Positions 49,775 through 58,500 of a stretch of 64,000 nucleotides of DNA are shown piece after piece (position 1 is the first letter of the stretch; every line of letters starts with the position of its first letter). This stretch comes from Thermoplasmatales archaeon (GTDB taxonomy: Archaea; Thermoplasmatota; E2; UBA202; JdFR-43), in NCBI GenBank assembly GCA_014361195.1, contig JACIWA010000003.1, positions 131,894 to 195,893 of the forward strand. Direction: 5' to 3'. The position numbers and the translations under genes were made by a program. The notes below the pieces were generated by a model that saw nothing but the letters and a program-made list of their open reading frames with translations, was not told where the DNA came from and made no database searches.

Positions 49775-50671
49775 ATGAAGAAAGATTTGATATCAATGCT
49801 CGATGTTAAAAATGATTTGGAGAGGATAATAAATGATGCCATAGAAATAAAAAAATACGGTTGCAAAAGAATAATGGAAGGAAAAATTATGGCGATGATT
49901 TTCGAAAAAAGTTCAACAAGGACGAGAGTTTCATTTGATGTAGCGGTTAAAAAATTAGGAGGGCATTCAATATTTTTAAGTAAGAATGAAATACAACTTG
50001 GAAGAGGGGAAACAATAGAGGATACCGCAAAAGTACTAAGCAAATATGTAGATGTAATAGTTTATAGAGCATATACTCATGAAAGTATGAAAGAATTAGC
50101 AAGACATGCGAATGTGCCTGTTATAAATGCCCTCGATAATGCGGAGCATCCCTGCCAGGTGATTGCGGATTTCATGACAATAAAGGAAAAGAAAGGGAGA
50201 TTGAAAGACATAAATTTCGTGTATATAGGCGATGGAAACAATAATATGGCTCATTCTTATCTGCTTGGAGGAGCAATTGCTGGGATGAAAGTCAAGATTG
50301 TTTCTCCAAAAAAATATTGGCCATCTGAGATATATGTAAAAAAAGCGAGAGAGTTAGGAGGGGTTTTTGAGATAGAGGAATTGAATGAAAATTCGCCATC
50401 AGATGCGGATGTTGTTGCAACAGATACATGGATTTCGATGGGTGACGAGCATGAGAAAGAAGAGAGAATCAAAGATTTCCAGGGCTATACTGTTAATGAA
50501 GCTTTTATGGCGAAGGCAAAGAAAGATGCAATATTTTTACATTGCTTGCCCGCCTATTATGGATATGAAGTTACGAAAGAAGTTGCTCATGGAAAACAAT
50601 CAGTAATATTTGAGGAAGCATGGAACAGGCTTTGGGCGCAAATGGCTATATTGAAGTGGATTTTTGAATAA
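49775..50671 (+). CDS. argF: Ornithine carbamoyltransferase
   Basis: STRTRVSF, HPCQ and HCLPA motifs. Start at the internal Met MKKDLISML of ORF 49718. Confidence 0.85.
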   Translation: MKKDLISMLDVKNDLERIINDAIEIKKYGCKRIMEGKIMAMIFEKSSTRTRVSFDVAVKKLGGHSIFLSKNEIQLGRGETIEDTAKVLSKYVDVIVYRAYTHESMKELARHANVPVINALDNAEHPCQVIADFMTIKEKKGRLKDINFVYIGDGNNNMAHSYLLGGAIAGMKVKIVSPKKYWPSEIYVKKARELGGVFEIEELNENSPSDADVVATDTWISMGDEHEKEERIKDFQGYTVNEAFMAKAKKDAIFLHCLPAYYGYEVTKEVAHGKQSVIFEEAWNRLWAQMAILKWIFE

Positions 50672-51191
50672 GCTCTTTATAAAGCTTCATGGCCTCCAAT
50701 ATTATTTCTTTCGCCTCTTTTGCATCCCCCCACTTCTTTATCTTAACTTTCTTACCCTCCAACTCCTTATAAACTTTGAAAAAATGCTGTATCTCTCTAA
50801 GCAAATGTTTTGATAAATCTCTCTTGTCTTTTATATCATTAAATCTCGGATCATTTAAAGGAACTGAAATTATTTTATCATCTGGCTTATTTTCATCTAT
50901 CATTCTTAAAACTGCAATAGGTCTTACCTTTATAAGCACCATCGGGTGGCTTGCTTCAGTTACTAAAATAAGAGCATCTAGAGGATCACCATCCTTGCAA
51001 TATGTTCTAGGTATAAATCCATAATCGCCTGGATAATGAAAAGGAGAAAATATTATTCTATCAAATTCTATTATATTGTATTTTTTGTTATACTCATATT
51101 TTTTTCTAGAGCCCATCGGGTTTTCGACTATTACATTAATTATTTCAGGAGGATTCTGCCCAGTTTCTACATCATGCCACAAATTTTTCAT
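50646..51191 (-). CDS. ppa: Inorganic pyrophosphatase (family I)
   Basis: ...DGDPLDALIL... with conserved Asp/Glu clusters. Start at MKNLWHD. Confidence 0.85.
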   Translation of the reverse strand: MKNLWHDVETGQNPPEIINVIVENPMGSRKKYEYNKKYNIIEFDRIIFSPFHYPGDYGFIPRTYCKDGDPLDALILVTEASHPMVLIKVRPIAVLRMIDENKPDDKIISVPLNDPRFNDIKDKRDLSKHLLREIQHFFKVYKELEGKKVKIKKWGDAKEAKEIILEAMKLYKELIQKSTSI

Positions 51192-51283
51192 GAAAATAAA
51201 TATGAAATTTAATATATTTTTATTGAAATTTTGAAACATCGAAATGCATAAATAACAAAAATAAATTTTGGAAATGATTTAAA

Positions 51284-52678
51284 ATGAAGAAATTAATAGT
51301 ATTTGCGGTAATTTTTGCAATTGCGTTGGCAAATGGCAACTCCTTAGTTGCGGATTTTTACTGGCAACCAAACGAACCAACAGATTTACAAGAAGTGCAA
51401 TTCTATGATAATTCGACTGGTGAAGTGGTTGCATGGATTTGGTATTTTGGAGACGGGGAGAGCAGTACTGAAAGAAACCCTGCACACCTGTATAAGGATG
51501 ATGGAACATATACGGTAAGGCTTGTTGTATGGGATAAAAATGGAAACATGGCATATAATGAAAAAATTATAAATGTATTAAATGTTCCTCCCGTTGCAAT
51601 TGCTGGCGAGAATATTATTTCAAACGCAACAGTTATAACATTTAATGCAAGCAATAGCTATGATTTAGATGGATGTATAGTAAATTATACATGGGATTTT
51701 GGAGATGGAAGCACTGGATATGGCATCGTTGTTGAGCATTCCTACAATTCATCAGGAATTTATAATGTTACCTTAACTGTGATAGATGATGACGAGGCAA
51801 GTGATAGCGACGAAATTCAGGTTTTATTTGATAATAATCCTCCAGAAACAAATTATAGCATTGAAGAAATTAAGGAATGGTACAATAAAAGCGTTGAAAT
51901 ATTTTTAAATGCAACAGATAATCTTGCTGGAATTTATAAAACATTTTATAGAATAGGAAATGATAGCTGGAAGGAGTATAATGAGAGCATCAATATAAGC
52001 AGTGAAGGAATAAATATCTTGAGATTTTATAGCGTCGACAACGCTGGGAATTATGAACAGGAAAAAAATTTAACAATAAAAATAGATTTGCATCCACCAT
52101 CTACAAATTATTCAATAAATGCAACATATGGCAATGAAGGATGGATAAGAAGCACCCCAATAATAAGCTTGAGTGCGAGCGATGTCCTTTCTGGAGTTAA
52201 TAAAACATTGTACAAAATTAATGACGGAGAATGGGAAGAATATAAGGGAGAAATAAATATCTCCGCTGATGGAGAACATATCATAAGATTTTATAGCATT
52301 GACAACGCGGGCAACCGTGAGCAAGAAAAAAACATCACATTAAAAATAGATACAAGGGCGCCAACGATGAGCATTGTTGCACCTGAAGAGGGCTATATTT
52401 ATATAGCATCGCGCAAGATAATTCCGACACTATTTGATAATACTTATATAATAGGAAGGTTTGCTGTGGAAGTTGAGGCAAATGATACACGCTCTGGAAT
52501 GTATTGTATTGAATTTCTACTCAACAATCAAACTCTCTGGAAGGATTATGTTTCTCCCTACAGCGTTGAATTGCCAAGAGAATTTCCTTGCTCATTTAAT
52601 AAATTAAAAGTCGTTGCTTACGACTTTGCGGGAAATAAAGCGGAGAGCAAAGAAATCACATACCTTAAAATCCTGTAA
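51284..52678 (+). CDS. Secreted PKD-domain protein
   Basis: A signal peptide, then at least two PKD domains (WYFGDGESS, YTWDFGDGSTGYG) and Ig-like repeats. Confidence 0.7.
   Translation: MKKLIVFAVIFAIALANGNSLVADFYWQPNEPTDLQEVQFYDNSTGEVVAWIWYFGDGESSTERNPAHLYKDDGTYTVRLVVWDKNGNMAYNEKIINVLNVPPVAIAGENIISNATVITFNASNSYDLDGCIVNYTWDFGDGSTGYGIVVEHSYNSSGIYNVTLTVIDDDEASDSDEIQVLFDNNPPETNYSIEEIKEWYNKSVEIFLNATDNLAGIYKTFYRIGNDSWKEYNESINISSEGINILRFYSVDNAGNYEQEKNLTIKIDLHPPSTNYSINATYGNEGWIRSTPIISLSASDVLSGVNKTLYKINDGEWEEYKGEINISADGEHIIRFYSIDNAGNREQEKNITLKIDTRAPTMSIVAPEEGYIYIASRKIIPTLFDNTYIIGRFAVEVEANDTRSGMYCIEFLLNNQTLWKDYVSPYSVELPREFPCSFNKLKVVAYDFAGNKAESKEITYLKIL
51644..51793 (+). repeat. About 150 bp of DNA more than 95 percent identical to 56457-56606 (a PKD-domain cassette)
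   Basis: Direct comparison of the two segments shows only about 5 mismatches. Confidence 0.8.
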
Positions 52679-52679
52679 A

Positions 52680-52898
52680 TTAAAACCTGATTTCCTTTCC
52701 TTCGTATTCAACTTTTATTATCCTATGATAAGGGATCATTCCCCTTTTTGTTTCAAGAAAATACCCTCCTATATTTATTATATCCTCCCCTTTTAGGTAA
52801 TCAATATCATTTTCGTTTCCTCTGCTTATGTACCATACTACAACCTTGTTAAAATCATATTTTTTATCCCATTTTAGCTTGTTTAATATCCTTCTCAC
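52680..52898 (-). CDS. UPF0248-family (DUF504) small archaeal protein, probable GTG start
   Basis: LNKLKWDKKYDFNKVVVWYISRG....GGYFLETKRGMIPYHRIIKVEYEG matches UPF0248. The Cys-rich N-terminal extension of ORF 52680..53087 overlaps the psmB promoter and is judged spurious. Confidence 0.5.
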   Translation of the reverse strand: MRRILNKLKWDKKYDFNKVVVWYISRGNENDIDYLKGEDIINIGGYFLETKRGMIPYHRIIKVEYEGKEIRF

Positions 52899-52937
52899 GA
52901 AATATTTATATACCGTTGCTATATTAAAATTGCTATT

Positions 52938-53573
52938 TTGAGGGATATTATGGAAAATAAAAAAGGAACAACAACACTTGCAATGGTTTGTAAAGATGGT
53001 GTTGTAGCAGCAGCAGAAAGGCGGGCTACAATGGGCACACTTATCGCTCATAAAGTAGCAAAAAAGATATATAAAATAGATGAGCATTTACTCCTTACAA
53101 CTGCTGGGCTTGTTGGAGATGCGCAGATTCTTGCAAGATATATGAGAGTAGAATCAGAGCTTTACAAACTTGAAAGAGAAGAGAAAATGCCAGTAAAAGG
53201 AGCTGCAACTCTTATGGCAAACTTCCTCAATCAGAGAAAATTTTATCCATATTATGTCCAACTTATAATAGGAGGGGTTGATTCATCAGGCCCGCACGTG
53301 TTCTCGCTTGACCCAGCAGGAGGAGCAATTGAAGATATATATACAACAACTGGCTCAGGTTCACCATATGTTTTTGGTGTACTTGAAGATAATTATTCCA
53401 AGGATATGAGTGTTGATGAGGGAATCAATCTTGCAATAAGGGCACTGACAGCCGCGATGAAACGTGATTCAGCATCTGGAGATGGTATTGATGTTGTTGT
53501 TGTAACTGATAAGAATTATATAGAACTTAAAGATGAAGAGATAGAAGAAAGAAAGAAAAAGATGGGATTATAA
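52938..53573 (+). CDS. psmB: Proteasome subunit beta
   Basis: Propeptide, then TTTLAMVCKDGVV with a Thr1 nucleophile. 211 aa. Confidence 0.9.
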   Translation: MRDIMENKKGTTTLAMVCKDGVVAAAERRATMGTLIAHKVAKKIYKIDEHLLLTTAGLVGDAQILARYMRVESELYKLEREEKMPVKGAATLMANFLNQRKFYPYYVQLIIGGVDSSGPHVFSLDPAGGAIEDIYTTTGSGSPYVFGVLEDNYSKDMSVDEGINLAIRALTAAMKRDSASGDGIDVVVVTDKNYIELKDEEIEERKKKMGL

Positions 53574-53578
53574 CTTTC

Positions 53579-55477
53579 ATGCCAATTGAAGAAATTTTGG
53601 AAAAAATAAAAGAGGAAATAAGAGCATCTATACCTTCAAGTATAAGTATAACAGGTGTAGAGTTCGAAGGAGCGGAGTTGGTTATTTATACAAAGGACCC
53701 GGAAAAATTTGCGGAGGAAAGTGAGCTTATTAAACAATTAGCTAAAAAAATCCAGAAAAGAATTGTTGTAAGAGCGGATTCATCCGTTTTAATGGATATG
53801 GAAAAAGCGGAGGAAAAAATAAAAGAGCTTATCCCAAAGGAAGCAAATCTTGTAAATATATATTTTGAACCAGATGTTGGAGAAGTAACCCTTGAAGTTG
53901 AAAAACCCGGCATAGCTATAGGGAAAAAAGGAAATTTGCTTAATGAAATAAGAAAAACAATAGGTTGGGCACCGAAAGTGATAAGGGCTCCTCCTATGCC
54001 ATCAAAGACAGTTCAGGACATAAGAAAATATTTGCGTCTTGTTTCTGAAGAAAGAATAAAGTTTTTGAGAAGATTTGGGAGAAGATTACATAGGGGCGTA
54101 AGCGAAGGGGAGAAGTGGGTAAGAATAACATCTCTTGGAGGATATAGAGAAGTCGGCAGGAGCTGTACAATGCTATCAACAAATGATAGTAAGATATTGA
54201 TTGATTGCGGGTTAGATGTTTCATCACCTGAAAACGGTTCTCCATATCTCAATATGCCGGAAGTTTTACCCCTTGAGTCCATAGATGGAGTTGTAGTAAC
54301 TCATGCTCATCTTGACCACTCGGGCTTAGTTCCAATGCTTTTTAAATATGGTTATGATGGACCAGTTTATGCAACATATCCAACAAGGGATGTAATGGTT
54401 CTTTTGCAGATGGATTACTTAAGAGTTTGTGGGGATGAGGCAAAAAAAGCTCCTTATACTTCAGAACATATAAGAAAAGAAATTCAGAATACAATCCCTC
54501 TTAACTACGGAGATACGATAGATATAGCCCCAGATATAAAATTAACAATGCATAGAGGGGGTCATATCCTTGGCTCTTCGATATGCCATTTCCATATAGG
54601 TGATGGATTGTTTAACATTGCTTTCTCAGGGGATATAAAATATGAGAAAACATGGCTTTTTAGCGCCGCCGCAACCCACTTCCCGCGCCTTGAGGCAATT
54701 GTCCTCGAATCAACTTATGGGGGAAAAGATGATATACAGCCGTCTCGCAAGAAGGCGAGCGAGCAACTTCGAGATATCATAAAGAAGACTATTGAAAACA
54801 AAGGAAAAGTGCTTATACCTGTATTTGCAATTGGGAGGTCACAAGAGGTAATGATAGTGATTGAGCAACTTATAAAAGAGAAGGAATTGCCGGAAGTGCC
54901 TGTGTACCTTGATGGAATGATATGGGAGGCAACTTCTATCCATACTGTTTATCCGGAATACTTAAATGCGGATTTGAGAAAAAAAATATTTCAGGAAGGA
55001 GAAAATCCACTGATGGCGGATTTTTTTGAAAGGGTTGATAGTGTTGATAAGAGGAGGGAAATTATAGACGAGAGCAATGAATGCATTATTCTTGCAACAA
55101 GTGGAATGCTCAATGGTGGACCAATAATGGAATATTTCAAGGCATGGGCGGATGATTCAAGAAGCACCCTAATATTTGTTGGTTATCAGGCAGAGGGAAC
55201 TCTTGGAAGGAAATTACAGCGAGGTAATAGGGAAATCATTTTGGGAGATAAGGAAATAAAGGTTGAAATTAATATTGAAACTTGCGAAGGTTTCTCAGGC
55301 CATTCTGATAGAAACCAACTAATGAATTTCATAAAAAATATCTCACCAAAACCAAAAAGAATAATATTGAATCACGGGGAAGAGACAAAATGTATGGATT
55401 TAGCAGCTAGCTTATATAAAAAATTTGGGATAAAAACTCTCGCAATAAAAAATCTTGAGACAGTAAGATTTAGATAA
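53579..55477 (+). CDS. fttA: aCPSF1 / FttA: KH-domain beta-CASP metallo-beta-lactamase RNase (transcription termination factor)
   Basis: N-terminal KH domains, the MBL motif HAHLDHSG, and beta-CASP and RMMBL regions. It follows psmB in the conserved arrangement. Confidence 0.85.
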   Translation: MPIEEILEKIKEEIRASIPSSISITGVEFEGAELVIYTKDPEKFAEESELIKQLAKKIQKRIVVRADSSVLMDMEKAEEKIKELIPKEANLVNIYFEPDVGEVTLEVEKPGIAIGKKGNLLNEIRKTIGWAPKVIRAPPMPSKTVQDIRKYLRLVSEERIKFLRRFGRRLHRGVSEGEKWVRITSLGGYREVGRSCTMLSTNDSKILIDCGLDVSSPENGSPYLNMPEVLPLESIDGVVVTHAHLDHSGLVPMLFKYGYDGPVYATYPTRDVMVLLQMDYLRVCGDEAKKAPYTSEHIRKEIQNTIPLNYGDTIDIAPDIKLTMHRGGHILGSSICHFHIGDGLFNIAFSGDIKYEKTWLFSAAATHFPRLEAIVLESTYGGKDDIQPSRKKASEQLRDIIKKTIENKGKVLIPVFAIGRSQEVMIVIEQLIKEKELPEVPVYLDGMIWEATSIHTVYPEYLNADLRKKIFQEGENPLMADFFERVDSVDKRREIIDESNECIILATSGMLNGGPIMEYFKAWADDSRSTLIFVGYQAEGTLGRKLQRGNREIILGDKEIKVEINIETCEGFSGHSDRNQLMNFIKNISPKPKRIILNHGEETKCMDLAASLYKKFGIKTLAIKNLETVRFR

Positions 55478-55508
55478 GAATTATAAATAACCAATTGATT
55501 ATAGTAAG

Positions 55509-58500
55509 GTGAATAGCATGGGAAAAAAGATAAAAGCAACTGGCATCTTGGTATTGTTATCCTTAGTAATTTTTATAAATAATGCATATGATGTATACTC
55601 TGGTAGCATGGATGAATTAATTGTTGATTTTTATTTTGAGCCAGAGACACCTTTAACATTCCAAACTGTTTATTTCTGGGACAATTCTACATATAACCAA
55701 AACTATGCGGTAAATTTTTCCTGGGACTTTGGAGATGGAAATATAAGCTATGAAAAAAACCCACAGCATGTTTACTCAATTCCTGGAAAATATAATGTAA
55801 CACATGGGATAACTTTATACAATAATAGTGGTATTATAAACACTTCAATGGTTGTAAAGCAAATAAATGTTCTCAACCGCCCACCTGTGGCAAAATTTTA
55901 TTGGAATGCTTATGGCAACAACTTTACATTCCGGGGGAATTTCGATTACGATCAGAGCTATGATTTAGATGGATATATAGCAAATTACACATGGGATTTT
56001 GGAGATGGGAGCATTGGATATGGAGCAGTCGTCACGCATACGTATATTTTAACAGGGAGATGCAATGTTACTTTAACTGTTCGCGATAACAATGGTTCAA
56101 TTAATTCAATAAGAAGGGAAATAAATATTTCAAATAAGATGCCTTTTGCAAATTTTTCGTATGAGCCAGCAAATCCAACATCTCTTGATAATATTACATT
56201 TAACAGTACTTCATATGATCAAGACGGCTATATAACAAATTGGATATGGGACTTTGGAGGAGGAAAAATATTCTTTAATTCTACAGTTACATATAGATAC
56301 GATGATAATGGAATTTACTCAGTATATCTTTTTGTAATAGATAATGAAGGAGCATTTAATTATACTTTGAAGAATGTTATAGTTTATAATATTCCTCCTT
56401 TTGCAAACTTTACTTGGGAACCATTTTACCCTATACCAAATAAAAACATAACATTTAATGCAAGCAATAGCTATGATTTAGATGGATATATAGCAAATTA
56501 TACATGGGATTTTGGAGATGGAAGCACTGGATATGGCATCATTGTTGAGCATTCCTACAATTCATCAGGAATTTATAATGTTACCTTAACTGTGGTAGAT
56601 GATGATAATGAAAATGCAACTCAAAGGTACTCTATCCTGGTTGCGGATTTTTATGTTGATAAAAATGTTTATGATCCCGCCAATCATACATGGAATAGAA
56701 TTAGTGATGCATTGAATAATGCAAGTGATGGAGCATTTATATATGTAAGGGAAGGAATTTATGAAGAGGATGTAAATGTCTCAAAAGAGGTTTTTATTGA
56801 AGGAATTAATGCAACAGTATATGGAAATGTTAGCTTGCTGAAAAATATTACTTTTTGCAAAATGGGCACAAAAGGCTCATCATTTTCCGCTGGAGAAAAT
56901 TGCTCAATATATAATTGTACAATAGAAGCGGATAAAATAAAATTAAACAGGAAAAACATCCTCTTCTACAATGAAATCAAAGGTGAAATTGAATTATTGG
57001 ATTGGAACAATTTGACATATAACTCAATAGGAGGGGGAGTATCTGTAAAGGGAAATGAAAATGAATTTTACGAAAATAAGGTTTATAATGCGTTTTACGG
57101 ATTTAATCTATCCGGTGAGTTCAATAAAGTGGTAAAGAATGAAATAAGTGGATGTATCTACGGAATATACCTCTGGAAATTCAATGAAATTGTCAGCAAC
57201 GATATAGGATTTAGCGGATTTGGAATCTATATAAATACGGACAATATCCTTATTGGGTATAATAAAATTGCGTATAGCTACTTTGGTATATACTCAGCAA
57301 ACTCAGAAAATGTAACTCTTCTCGATCTAATTCTTTTAAACAATACCAACTCCATTTACTCAAAAAATATTTTTGCTGAAAATGTTAAAATAGAAAATGG
57401 AAAAAATGGAATAATAGCAAATGGAAAAGTAATTAATTCTTCAATAAAGGGTTTGGAGAACGGAATAATAGCGAGCAATGTATTGATAGAAAATTGCTCG
57501 ATTGAAAAATGTAAAAATGGATTGAACATCAGCAATTCAGAGATTGTTTATACCAATTTAGAAGAAAATTATATAGGAGCTTATATAGATAATACCTCCG
57601 TCATAAATTGCAGTTTCTCAAAAAACATTTACGCAATTAAAGCGGGAGATGGAAATAGCATATCAAATTCAACTCTTTCAAATAATTCTTTTGCGATAAT
57701 ATGTGATGGAATAAATAACTCAATTTTTAAATCCAACATTTATAGGAACGGTGGCGGTATATACATAAAAAATTCTTTTAACTCAGTTTATGAAAATATT
57801 GTAAAAGAAAATGAGTATGGATTGAGGATTTTCACCTCACCCTATAACACAATTGATAAAAATAGTTTTGAAGATAACAAATACAACTTTGATATGGAAG
57901 GAAGCGAAATTAATCATTTCTATCAAAAAATAGAAAATAATACAGCGAATAGCCTTTCATTCTTATATCTTTTAAATGAATCAAACGTTGCATTAAATGG
58001 GAGCTATGGCTACATTGCCCTTATTGGTTGCAAAAACATTTCATTAAATAATTTCAGCAACTCGCATGCTGGCGAGCTTTTGCTGGCGGGCTGCTGGGAT
58101 GTGAGGTTTAAAGGCGGAGTTGTGCGGGAAAATATAGAAGGAATTTATGTTTTTAAGAGCAGGAATTTATCTTTTGAGGGTATTGAAATAAGGAATAATG
58201 TGCGGGGTTTATCAACGAAATCATCTTATGGGCTTGCAATTTATAATTGCTCATTTGAAGGAAATGAAAAGGGAATTAACTTATTCAATATAGGAAGGGA
58301 ATTTTCTGAAGTTAGGATGGCAATGGTGAATTTCTATAATAATTCATATGGTTTCAGTATAGAGAATGCGGATGGAATAAATGTGAGCGGTGTAAATGCT
58401 AGTATGAATGGATTGGATGGGGCTATATATAATGGGAATGTCTATATTAGTTATTCAAAAATTTCATCTTTATCATTTAAGGAATCAGAGATAAACATAT

